Below, piece after piece: positions 51,801-64,000 of a DNA stretch of 64,000 nt. The position numbers and the translations under genes were made by a program. Positions within the stretch are counted from its first letter, which is position 1; the number at the start of each line of letters is the position of its first letter. Source of the stretch: Raillietiella orientalis (taxonomy: Eukaryota); the NCBI GenBank assembly GCA_036172245.1, contig JAYWIR010000004.1, forward strand, positions 2,294,001 through 2,358,000, read 5' to 3'. Below the pieces are notes generated by a model. The model ran no database searches, was not told the origin of the DNA, and saw nothing but the letters and a program-made list of their open reading frames with translations.

Positions 51801-54800
51801 TAAAAAAAAAGGCAAACAGCATTACTACCTTTATCTCATTATGTAAATTATACCATGTGGGACAACCAATAATTCAAAAAATGGCCCATTCTTGCCAGTT
51901 GAAGAAACCAGACTCTTGACATTGCATGAATAACGACCTTGATCAAGATTATCCAAAAAAGAAAAATACAAGTATCCATCATTTGAAACGAATGTACGTT
52001 TATCTTCATCCACAAAATTGGGGAAGGTATCACGAGACCAATAGTATTTCAATCCTACGACATCATTCTTTCATAAGTGATCAAGAAAGTTCACACAATA
52101 CCTGGATATGCTTGTGGAGGATCACAATAGATGGCCTTACCCCAATTTTGTAAACCTGACTCAGATGACCTTTTCAAACTGAATTCTCCTATGTACCCAA
52201 ATGAAAGCTGGACGCTTTCTGATATCACACTACCAAAATCATTCGAGGCCTGGCAATGGTAATTTCCACGATCCATAATCTGAAATTTAGAAATATTCGA
52301 TTTTTGGCAAACTATTTGAATTTTTAATAATTTACTTGATTAGGCCTATCAATAATTAGATTTCCGCCACTGATAGTAAATCTAGAATCTTCTAAAGGAT
52401 TGATTCTAATAAACTGCAATTTATCTTCTTGATATTCTTCTTTAAACCATTCATACTTCGGAGATGGGTATCCTCCACACAAACAACTAAATTCATCGTT
52501 TATTCAAATTAGTGTATGAAGCAGCTTACTTCAAGGAAACAAAATTCACGGTGTTTCTCATGGCGAGGTCAAAAACTTTTGGTTTTGGTTGTTCGATAAA
52601 ATACGGCCCTCTTGGGATTTCTCCAACATTGTTCACTTTCGAACCATATTCAAATGTACGATCGTTAACAATTATGCTGCCCAAGTTCCCTTTGGATATT
52701 TCACAAATATAACTTGAAGGAGTATCCCCAACAGTTCCAGTCAATCCCCAACGATCAAACTTTTCAGAATACCTAAAAATCCAAAACTATTAGTCATATT
52801 TAGAAAAAAAAATTTTTTTAAATGATGGGTCCACTATTCTAAAAAGTATTTCTCTCCAACAAACACATCACAGTACCATCATGCATTCTTTATTTATTTT
52901 TTTGCAAAATATTGACAATGTGATTACTAGTTTCTGACATTGACTCTGATAAAAAGGAGCTGCATATGCCATGGAATTTCGCACATATCATTTGTATAAC
53001 CACGAAAATAGAAAAATAATATCCACTTTTGTTCACATACGTCCAAGAAAAGCTAAAGACTTCTTGAATGAATGATAACATGATAAATGTCCGCAAAGAT
53101 ACAAATAATATTATGCAATGAAATACTTTCTCAGAAAACAAAACTAAAATGCAACCTTACAAGAATAAAAAAAACTCTAAATTAATACTGATGTAGGAAT
53201 AGTTCACTTGCACTGTTCAAAACATTCATGTGTTTAATTTGTACTGGTCACAAATTATCTGGTATCATCTATGAATTAACATGTAATAATAAATCGCCAC
53301 AAAACACAAAAATTCACGACAGTCACAAAACCGGTGTTTGAAAACTATCAGCTTCTCGAATTTTTAAAGGATGAGATTAACAACGATCAAAAATGTAATG
53401 AAATAAAAAAAGTGGTAAGTAGTAGACCCTGCTAACTCTCCATGGCCAATTTGGCCATTCGATTCTTTCAACCATGAATAATCCCAAATGCTTCTGAAAA
53501 TGACATTTGCTTAAAGTAACCATAAGTCGCAAATACACAAAAACCGAAATAGTCTAGGCTAAAATCGCTTTCTTCCATGATGACATGGAATCAACTCTGA
53601 AAATCATCATCACACGAAGTTACAAAAATATTTTTCAAGCATAGGTAATATAAAAAAACTAATTATAATAGCAATTTGCCAACAAGAAATTGAAATATCA
53701 TTGCTATATAATGAAATAATTTGCTGCTTCTAGGAAAATGCAAACAATTCAAAGTTCCATCAATAAATTAGAATACATGAGAAAAAAAATTACACACATA
53801 TTTAATTAAAAGGGTATAGAAACTAAATCAATGATGAATGAAAATATTTTACCAGACACTCCATAAATGGATACATAACTTTAAAATGTTACATGCCATT
53901 ACCAGTACTAAACATTCATTTTTCTATAGCTTCTAAATGTTCAAAATATGTTCTTTCTATCTCACTTAATTTTCACTAATACATCGATTTCATTAAACTT
54001 TCAATGTGTAACTTAATCAGGAATACTTGTTTACAATGAGCTGTAACATTAATCCGAGAGTGCTTTGACAGAATTTACATCTGACAGAATCTTTATTGAT
54101 CTTAACTAGATCTACTTTAAAACACAACCTATTTTTCAGTTGCTCCATGTTCCACATGGAAAAAATTATGTGATTGCAAACCACATATGAACTTCTTTAA
54201 AAGTTTCAACAAACAATGCTCAAAGAAAAGTAAGTAGCTCCTTTTCGCATTTGGGCAATGGCCAAATTTTCACTCACCTTTTCCAAAACAGAAATAAAAT
54301 AATCAATCTTGCCATCAACCTGAAATCTACTGACAGGAAAAAACAATTTATCACAAAAAAGTAACATCATCTTTTCCAATTTCATTTATCTACATGCATT
54401 AATAAAATTAGCAATGTCTAATGGCTGAAAGAGAGTATCATAAGCACAAATACTATCTGAAACTGCTGATTTTTACAAATCTGATTGCTTTTAGCTTTCT
54501 GATTTCCTTTTTTTTATGATAAAAAGACGGACTCCAACTTTACTGCATATTCTCATAGATTTAAAATTTCTCTTTTCATTCAATTTGCAACTATAATTTT
54601 AGGGTTGAAAATTGAACAAAACCATGTACTTCACTCATGGATTGCCAAGCATTAGCCAATACTAAGCATTTCTTAATAAAACCTAACTCAAATTTCCAGC
54701 TAAAATTCATAGGGAAAAAGTAAAGAAAATGAAATTGAAAAATCTTTTATGAAAAATCACAGCGATCTCATCATATAAATACAAATGCAAAAATGTATTG

Positions 54801-57800
54801 ATTTCCAAAATTCAGCAAAGCATAAAATGAATTTTAGCTACTTAATCAAAAAAAAATTTTCCATTTACCTGTTTAATGATTGGCAAGTCAAAAAATATCC
54901 AATTACTTCAATAGCTCATAAAAGATTTTTCTAATTGAAAGGAGAAATACAGAAATTAGTTTACAATATAGAAAAAGAAAATCTGATAAAAGAAGTGTTT
55001 TCAGATTGAACCAATAATATTTCTTTTTTCATGAAATGTTATTCATTTGATCACTGAGGAAATATTGCTTCATGTAATTTACAACATATGAATAACAGAA
55101 ACAGGTGTAAAACAAAACAGAAATATAAGAATTAATACATTTCAATGATCAAACATCAAGATATTACAAAACATTTAAATGCATGCAAAATCCTAATTAT
55201 TCAATAGAAATATCCTAACATAATAATTCACTACTGAAAAGTACGCACTATGCCAATATTCTGAATTGTAAACAGACAATTACTCTTAATTTTGCAATAA
55301 GGCTTAATTGTTTATTACAATTTAAACTTTGGAAAGAATTACGGAATGCTTTACTTGTGTCTAATTTTCCTGAGAGAAGACAGTACAAAAATTTAAAATA
55401 TTAACTATAACTTCTTACATTTTATATACTAAACTCATTGCTCCAACGGGTCAAGAGTTGGAAAATACAAGCCTCTTATTGAGAAAATGGCACAGAAACG
55501 TATTTTGCACATTTACTTAATCTACATCAGTCTCCAAAAATTAAACTGACAAAATAACCTACATAGGTACATAACTTTCAAAGCAAATTTTCGTAATTGA
55601 ACATTGAATAACACCTATTTCTTTATTTTCATATGAGGAAAGAAAGAAAAAAAACATTAGCAATACTTGACTAGGTAGTAATTTTTTTTCCATATCAACT
55701 CACTTGCAATTCATTTTGAAATATAATCATATCTTTATTTAATACATTCCATTCATGAGAAATATGATTCAAACAATACCTATAATGTTAATTTCCATCA
55801 ATTTTGTTAACAAATGATTAAATGATTAAATGACATGATTAAATGAGATGACTACGAAAAAATATAGAAAGCTGCAACTATATAACTATTTACTGATGTT
55901 GCCCATTCAACCATTCACCTGAAGGTTTTTATTCAGTTAAGTTTTAATGTAGATTGTCAGATGAACAGACTTTATAGCCCTTTTCTAACTATTTTATACA
56001 TGTACAAGTGATAATTGAATTTTTAATGATTAATACCAAATACCTATTTACTCAAAACAATAAAGCATAGATGTCAAATAATTCATATGAAAGCTAATGT
56101 TACCTATATGCCAAAAAATGTCCTTTTGATTCATCTGCATTCATGAAAAGAAAGGCATCATCCATATTTGTCAGTCGTATATTATCAATTTCATTAACCC
56201 ATACATTGTTTCCTTGTTGTTTCACACCTGTATACCATAAACGATGTTGGGGATCATTATTTCTTAGCCAAAAATTCAGAAAGCTATGCTCTTCCATGCT
56301 CTGGATACTGACAAGATGAGCATTAAAACTCTAAAACAGTAAAGCCATAAAGCACATTTTGAAAACTTTGATTTCTATTAAACAAATAAATGATGGAAAT
56401 GAGGGCACAAGCAAAAACAGGGATTGACATGTAAAATTAAATTAAATGTAAAATATTTTTCCCCTAAAGTATGAATGCTCATGCTTTTGTCATAAACATG
56501 CTGTCTAAATATGGATTAAACACTAAGAGGAGACAAACTAAACTAAACATAACAAAACTGTAATTACAGTTCTCACTTTGACATACTTCACTTCACCTAT
56601 GTATTATTTAAGTATTAGTATGCACTCATGTAACATCAAATGAAATTATATGCCAAAAACAGTCAAAAACAACTCAATACTTCATGCATGTAATGAATTC
56701 TCTAAGGTGATAAACTAAATTCCAGGCTCTATTAATGGTTTGTTTATTAGTCAGAAAAAGCTGATGACAGCATTGAGCAAGCATTTTCCCTTTAAATAAG
56801 ATATAATGATTCATGGAACTTTAGTAAATACTTTTACTTTGATAATAATTTTGTATTCCATACATTTTTATGCATTTTTACTACAACTGAAGTTCCTTTA
56901 AGGAAACTAAAAAACGAGAATCTGAAAATTGAATTCTATAACTTATTTAAATTGTGCATTTCATGCTTTCCTTGTTTATTATTTGTCCATTGCTACACCT
57001 CCAGTAGAGAAAAATAAAATTCAGAGAATATGCTGATGTGACACACATAAGAGCAATTCACTAAAAACAATTTTGCAATCTAAAAAACAATGAATTTTTG
57101 CCCTAATAAATCAGAAACTAAATTGAATACTTGAAAATAACTAAATTGTCCATATTACAAAGTAATCTTCAGGAATTTTATGCAACTTCTAGGCATAAAA
57201 TCCTGGAGATTCTATTCTTACCTCTGCAAAAATGACTGTTTTCAAAAAATTCTTTATTTGGAAATTTTTTTAATGTCTGTAAAAAGACACACCTGAAGTA
57301 TCTTCCATTTATCTGGAGGTGTACTTGAAAATAATCATGATAAAGAAAGTAATTTTATTTCAAATTAGACTTGTGCTTTTTTGCACAGAAATTGGTTTAT
57401 AAAATAGGCAAATCCAGTTTTATTTTAGGAACTATTCCTTCTTTCACCAAAAATTCAATTACATTTGTTCTCCCAAATATGTATATACTTCAGACTTCTT
57501 TTGAATTTCTTGAAACTTTCCGGAAGTAATAAATTTTCATTTGCTTTTCTTCATGTTCCTTAACATTCTCAATCCATGACTTGAAATTTTTGTGCCTGTG
57601 TCAACTTTTGTGGTACTTAATTCCTGTTGCGCAAAAACGCAATACGTTTTTAGCTTATTAATATATCGGGACTATGCAATATGCTACCTATTTTCATCCA
57701 ACTTCCACAGATTTACAGCAACATAACCAAGAAGTTACTTGTAATAATTACAATCAATACAAAATATTACACAAAATATTACAATCAATATTCAAAACGA

Positions 57801-58446
57801 AGTACGATACAATAATAAGTAGACAAAACTTCTGATAACATTGTAAATCATGCAATAGCAAAGGAGATGCAGCACAGAGTTTACAAAAATTAAGAAAGTA
57901 CTTGGATTATTCCTCTTTTCCATTCATTACACATTTTTATGTCTTTGATGAAACTGCATAGATGACAAGACAATTATCTAATGATGAGACAATTTACTGT
58001 TCCAGAAACTATGATATAATCATGGTGTGAAATAATTTACACCATTCTTATTTTTCACACATGTGCACCAATATAACTAACACAAATCAGTCTTACGGTT
58101 GAATTGCAGGAAAACCAAATACATTTTCAATTTCATTGCATGCTTCAAATAGAAACACAAGGGTGTGAATTAAAATAAAAGGAAAAAAGGCTATCTATTA
58201 AAAGGAGGAAATTGATCAAATTTATTACAAGAGGAAACTACTTACTTTACATCCACTTGCTGCATCTTGCCTAGTTCTCAAAGGGCTTCTTATAAACTTG
58301 AAACATGAATCTGCATAGTCAACCCAATTAGGGGGACACTCTTGAATTTCCTGATTTTTTCTTTGGCAATGCACGGATAGGGATAAAAACGTCAGGACAA
58401 AATACAGGCTTATTTTTAAATCTTCATTATTAGACAAAAAACACAT
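48864..58446 (-). CDS. Cont: Contactin (invertebrate type: signal peptide, N-terminal C-type lectin domain, 6 Ig, 4 FN3, C-terminal GPI-anchor signal); 17 coding exons, about 1228 aa
   Basis: Hand-built GT-AG model with all phases compatible; total 3687 nt = 1228 aa + TAG. Exons in transcript order: 58446-58246, 56330-56104, 52772-52530, 52486-52336, 52279-52102, 52054-51854, 51795-51693, 51650-51466, 51420-51133, 51084-50806, 50763-50597, 50550-50412, 50369-50229, 50180-49573, 49529-49361, 49315-49182, 49136-48864. Diagnostic peptides: CPPNWVDYADSCFKF (CTL), IPRGPYFIEQP, DRGNYHCQASNDFG, YYWSRDTFPNFVDEDKRTFVSNDGYLYFS, FPNNFPKIFPESP, DSGMYQCQATNQLG, GGGGGKTGDLTITW, GLQPNTEYYVKVMAFN, ERTYRKAPQTPP, and a hydrophobic tail SSVLFGVYVFLILS*. 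The architecture matches Drosophila-type Contactin. The start codon (58446) is the least certain point. Confidence 0.95.
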
Positions 58447-59529
58447 ATTCACAACGTAAAAAATAAAATCCAATAATTCATAGCATTAAACATATAGAAT
58501 TGAATTAGCTGCAAAACCTGAAAATAGTTAATCTTTGACTTCAATTAAACTTGACAGGGAAATGGAAATATGAACTCCGGCTTCATTTGCTAATGTGAAA
58601 CTTCACTATAAGAAATGCTTTCTTTCCAATCACAACACAGGGAGGAATGCTGCAGCAGGAAAAAAAGACACAACTTCACTTTATTTGCGGGTTTCCTGCA
58701 AACGGACGAAGCATACGGTTCTACATACTTAGAAACTACGTTATTAATTCGAAGGCGAGAAGTGAAGCCTGAAAGCTTAGAATCCCAAGCTGCAATCTTT
58801 GAGGAATTTTTAATTCATTCGTAGATTGCGTAATAACTCGTTTATTATTTCACGATGTTCATACTTCGGCAATTTTGTGAGCAGAATTCAGTTACTGTTA
58901 CCAAACTCCCATAGTCTTATAACGGTAATTCCCATTCTATTTCATCACCAAGAAAATTCTTGATTTGCTTCATCTCGATTGCTTTATTTAACTTCCAAAT
59001 AATTGGAATGAAATTTTGCTATTTATGCATTTCATTGTTACATATTTTGATATTAAATTGAACTTCTAACAGATGTGTTTAAAAAAGAAATCCAAATTTT
59101 CTAATAATCCCACTTTTCTAATTTCATCTTTTTCTTTGGCACCCAACTTAAATGTAAGAAAGTTATCTATATTCCATATAAATAAAGTAATAGAGAAGGA
59201 AAGTAAAGCAATTCTTAAGTAAAGAGATCGAGTATGAAAAATGGTTATATCCGTGGAGTTTGAGAAGGAAATAAATTCCAGGTAAAAAGTACATAATTTG
59301 TTTCAGTAATTATTTTGTTAGGAAATTATTTTCTTCAATTGCAGTAAGGTTATTTAACTTAAATTCTTATATTCTTCTAACTATGGCAAATACTAGAATT
59401 CAGGATGAGAGCTCATTCTATGAATCTAAGTCTAATCTATAGAGATTTGAAACAAATTATAGTCCCAGTATTAATTATCAAAGTCCACTAAGTATGCTTG
59501 CAAAATATGAAATGCATATTTTCTCAACT

Positions 59530-59740
59530 CTCATTTTCGAACATTAAGATCATTTGGGAAATATCATCCACTCTTTCCAGGAGTTGCCATGACTTTACAC
59601 TTCCAAAATATTCCTTCCATCTTTAAATAACGTAATTTTCCCAATCGTATTTCTAATAAGACAGATAATCACACCATATACAATCCTCAGCTGAAATCAA
59701 CGCTTCAGTCTCTTCGATAAGAGTAAACCACGTAATGAAA
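59530..59740 (-). mobile_element. Possible LINE (RTE/CR1-like) ORF2 remnant
   Basis: A stop-interrupted frame reads ...YDWENYVI*RWKEYFGSV...; RWKEYF is a common motif between the endonuclease and RT domains of RTE-type LINEs. Only this single motif supports the call. Confidence 0.25.
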
Positions 59741-60899
59741 TTAATTAAGTGCACCAAGCTATATTAGTATTCATTGGTAGTGCCACTTTGTTTAATGTGG
59801 TGTCTTTTTCTTCACATCCCAAGAATATTTAAATTCTTCCTAATCAAAAAAATTCTCGCTTTTTTTGATGGATTTCTAAATTATACTAAAATCTGATTAT
59901 GAAGTTTACTATGGCAAGTTCAACAATTAAATCTATTAGCATTTGCTGGAGAACTTTTTCTTTTTAAATGATCATTGATGCTTAGTTCTTATTTTTAAAA
60001 AAGCTCGTAATCTATCGAGGATACCTAGAAAGCAAAACTAGCTATTGCTGAGCAAAAAATAGCTGCGAAATTCGAAATTAGCGAATTCACTAGAATAATT
60101 GTCAACATCTCGAAATTTTCGATGTTCAATCGGAATGTATCTAAGCAGTCATCACAAAAGAATAGCAAATTGGCTCAAAATACCTTTCTTTCACTCTGAA
60201 TTTTCTCTCTATGTAGTGCAAATGAGTGATTTATTCACCATATGTTATTTACAGATTAGGAGTAATTTAATTACATTCTTGAATAAGGAGTAAAAGAATA
60301 CATTAAATAAACAAGACTTTTTATATGATCGGTTCTCACCGAAAGTCCTATTCTTGAAGAGAATAAAACTGATAGTAGGAATAATGTTTCAAATCACCTT
60401 AATTCTTCAGGAATCATTTAAAATAAGCAAATTCAAGTCAGCTACTTTCAATTCTCGGTGGTGCTTTTATCTCTATGAAACCCTAGCTCCGATAAACAGT
60501 AAAATCTATTCTATGGGTCTTCCTGATGATCTCTCTAACTGCTCATAGGCCATATGGGCATTTTTCGAGCTTCAATTCATTGTGTAACCCAAATTGCCTT
60601 GATAGAGTGTCATTCTATAGAGCAGCTTTTATTTAACGATGTTGATGGACTCCGCATCGCTTTCACATCAGTATCTAACTAAAGAGTAAGATCATATGAG
60701 TATTTTGGAGCGGACTGATATCTTCAAAAAATTGCCATTTGTGACATGTCTTTTCTTCTCCTTGTGATTTCTGCTCAGATCTCAAATATTTGAGTGTTCT
60801 CTTTATTGCAGTTTAATTCCCCTAACTCAGTGTTTGCTATCACATGTGCGTCTTTGTTTGTGTTAAAATAGTACGATAGTACAGGAACTCCTTGATTTG

Positions 60900-63222
60900 C
60901 ATTGAGAAGACTACGACACTTCAAGATGCTACTGAAAATCGATTCGAGAACTTTCGGGAAAATATGAGAAAACCAGGATCAGGGCAGCAGGCTGTCCAAG
61001 TGGAATGTCTCAACTGCGTCCTCTCATGAACGAAGTGCAGATGAGATGCCAGATCGTATAAAACCCACCCTATAAACCGAGAGGAGACCACGTAAGGCAA
61101 CTCTACGATGCTGCCTTTCATCAGGGGTCCTCTTCCCCGCACTTTCCCTTCGTTTGCTTCCTCCGAGACTACTTGTTTTCTCGTCTCTCCGTTTCTTTAA
61201 AACACAGTGTATGCACCAAATTATAAGTCAAAGCTTTGTCCGGAGTGACTGATTTTTGCAAGCTGTTCTCTGACGAAACTCCGCTCCTTGAAATTGCGTT
61301 TCCTACTTTGATTATGAAAATCAACTAATGTATTTCGTTTTTGGTTTTTTTTTTGTCTATCGAGTTCCGTAAACAGATAGGATTCCACTTCCCTCCAGCA
61401 CGCTCTTCGTCATGGGAATAGTGGCAAAGTACAGGTCCTGGAAGAGCCTGACTGATCGTGTTATTAAATGCCATATACTTTCATCATAGTAACTCATCCT
61501 GACCTGTGCACCATTATCCTCTTCTTCTTCGACCACGAAGTTGAAAGCGATCTGACTGCAGCGGATCTCAGTCTACTTCTGTGGATCATCTGTCATCGAA
61601 GAGGCTCAGTCATGTGCTACCTACAGCTGTAAGTTCTCTTTTCTACAAGTCACGGCAAGCCACTCTGCAGCAAGGCTCTCGCTCTTTCTCTGTTTATATT
61701 CGAAGTCTTGAAGGGCTCCTGATTTTCAGAAGGGGAGCTCTCTGCAGCTCTCCCGAGGGGCAGCATTGTCTCAGAGACTGCTAGGATCTCTACCATCGCT
61801 GAAGAAGTTTGCGAGCTCTTCCTCATGCCTCCAGTGAGCTCGATAATGGCCCACCCCACAGGAATTATGCTTTGGTGGAACAAGACATTATCGGTGAGCT
61901 TTCAGACCACATCAGCGTGAACGCATTGCGGAACAAATCAAATCTCCTTGTTTCTAGGACTTTTCCGCTACTCGTGTCATCTCAAGAACGGCAGAGAGCG
62001 GCAGATCGGCAAACCCGTTGTTCGAGGAGAAATAGAGAATACAAGGGAGCAGCGAGATGAGAGAAGGAATCTGTTTTCACACAGTCACGCCGGAGCACGC
62101 GAAACTCTGACTGCTAGAGTGGAGGGAGAAGGAATGTGACCGACATCCTGGAGGGTCGTTTGCAGTCTCCAGAGCCTATGTGCGAAAGGCAATGAAATGG
62201 CCCAATCCAGGAAGTTGGTAGGAGGAAACTTTCAAATGCATGATCTAGCAACCCACGAGCTCACTCCCTCCCCCATTCCGTCGCTTCCCCGACCGAGGTA
62301 TGCCCCAGGGAACCAAGTGGAAGACCGTGATGCCCGTCCATCCCATTCCCCTATTTATTGATTTATTTATGTTCCTATTTCTCCTTCCACTTCTCTCTAG
62401 TTCTGTTCCATGTGAGGGTACTCCCTTTGGGTTCAAGCTGACGCATGTCGGTCTCTAACTGTTCTGTTTTGATGGATTTATTCATCGCAAGCTAATGGTC
62501 CAGCTATCCGCGGTGAGAAGGTCACGCCACTGTAGTGAGGACCATGTTTCGCGAGCGCCCCGCTGTATGTCGTTCAGTGATCAGCTCACCCTACAGGGTA
62601 GACGGTACTGTTTTTCCCTCCAAGTGACTCTTGGCTGGTAAAGAGAGGGATTATCCATATTCCTCAGAAGGAGTAACAAGGAGACCCCTTGAGAAGTCTT
62701 CGAGCGTGCAGTGACTCCCCTGAGAAAATGGTGAGATCGGTGCTGACGAAGCCCTGACGTGAAAGCCACGTTGGGAACCTTCCGCGAGGCAATGGTCTCC
62801 TCGGCCGGCAGAGATGAAGAGATAGATCTGGAAACCAGGGTCTATGTTGCCCAAAGGTTGTGCTTGGGTTGTGCTTGCCGTCACCTTACTCTTAAAAACG
62901 AAATAGGACTATTTCGAAACCAGCCAGTACGGAGTTTGTTAAGGAACTCCAACGTCTCGCAGCGCGCCGCGGCAACCACTGAGAAATGACAGTGCTCAGT
63001 AAGGAGATAGAGCTAAGCTACACGAATACAGCGTGGGTCCACCGCCTACTCAAGTCGCCAATATACATAAATGGGAGGAAGGTTTTCTCCACCTCAAAGG
63101 ACCTACTGACGGTGATGCATCTTAGGAGAATTACTGTAGACTTGCCCAAAGACACGATGGTGGCCGAACTATCAAAGTCCAGCACTGTCCGTGCTATGTG
63201 GCTCAAAACAGTTACTAAATGA
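60900..63222. mobile_element. Probable decayed retroelement-derived segment
   Basis: GC rises abruptly relative to the AT-rich flank. An LTR-like block (TATAAA-like motifs at about 61057-61077, ending aaaaca near 61204) is present, and KSPIYINGRKV in ORF 62986-63222 is retropepsin-like. All signals are weak. Confidence 0.25.
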
Positions 63223-63298
63223 CTTTTTTTTTTGGTAAATATTTTTTTTTACAATGAAATTGTACTGACATCCATATTACACTTGCAAAGATCAAACT

Positions 63299-63589
63299 TC
63301 ATTCTGATCCAACAGCATCAGCTGACATGGTTTCAATAACTAAATCAGCATGTGCTTTGTTAGCTTCCACAGATATGTGTTCTTACTTACTAGCATCTTC
63401 TCCATTTCCATCTTCTATTGAATGATTAACAGGATCTACATTTGATGTCTGAGATGGATCATCCTGTAGAGTAAAAACTGACGAAAGATCATGAGGTACT
63501 TTCCCTGGGGTTGAGAGAGTAGCTGAAGAGATTGCAGCTGACTGGAGGGAACTTCCACTATTCTTGGATGAAATATTTTGGGGCTGAAC
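63299..63589 (-). pseudogene. Coding-like fragment (Ser/acidic, low complexity) with one internal stop; pseudogene fragment or exon of an unseen gene
   Basis: The frame reads VQPQNISSKNSGSSLQSAAISSATLSTPGK...DDPSQTSNVDPVNHSIEDGNGEDASK*EHISVEANKAHADLVIETMSADAVGSE*. It is CpG-poor like host coding DNA and is followed by A-runs on the minus strand (about 63224-63250). Confidence 0.3.
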
Positions 63590-64000
63590 TGTTACTCACG
63601 CCCGCCCCAGAGTGACCAAGTGGAATAAAGCAGCGACGTCCTACCTCGAGATGGAGTGTGACGGTGCGAGAGAATCGTGCAGTCCTCAGCGGCTCCCAGG
63701 AAGTAAGTGGTGCTCAGCGAGGAAACGTCGGGGAATCAAAGTCCCCCGACGCGTTGCTGGAGGAAGCATGTGCCGCCAACATTCCCAACTCTCCGGAGCA
63801 CAAGGAGGTGGAGACACTTGGTAAGGTGCACGGCCGCGATGCAGCCAAAAACCCAGATCGGTGCCAGCCCCGTCTGAGGCTGGGCGGTCTCCCCTGCCAC
63901 GTGGGAGAAGGCGTAAAAAAAGCGGCACCTTCCCAGGCAAAAAGTGGAAGGCTGTCTTTGCGCACGATCTGCATGGATACGTGGAAGATCATCGGTGACC
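63590..64000. mobile_element. Probable LTR terminus running off the window
   Basis: A sharp switch to GC/CpG-rich sequence begins exactly at TGTTAC (TAACA on the other strand), a typical LTR terminus. It truncates a coding-like frame on its left. Confidence 0.4.

Noticed and set aside
55813..55850. Short direct repeats (atgattaa)n here, also near 57750 and at 32752/32791
   Set aside because: These are simple slippage duplications with no repeat-spacer periodicity, so they are not a CRISPR-like array.

Overview
Eukaryotic (most likely arthropod) genomic DNA, not prokaryotic, so most ORF-track entries are spurious. Two spliced protein-coding genes can be built by hand. (1) An invertebrate-type contactin on the minus strand: signal peptide, C-type lectin, 6 Ig, 4 FN3 and a GPI signal, with 17 coding exons over 48864-58446, about 1228 aa, and a run of 14 very short introns (42-58 nt). 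(2) A two-coding-exon plus-strand gene of unknown function (31021-31845 + 32117-32341, 349 aa) with CtBP-type PxDLS-like motifs and a compact basic/helical C-terminal module. The remainder is non-coding. A very GC/CpG-rich domain (about 4-12 kb, with a second peak near 17.5-20.5 kb) grades into an AT-rich, CpG-poor contactin gene body. There are also heavily decayed Ty3/Gypsy-like and possibly LINE remnants, microsatellites and several isolated hairpins. I found no rRNA, tRNA or CRISPR array and no clearly novel multi-gene system. The best leads are the uncharacterised putative co-repressor-recruiting gene, the ultra-short intron array and the steep compositional compartmentalisation.
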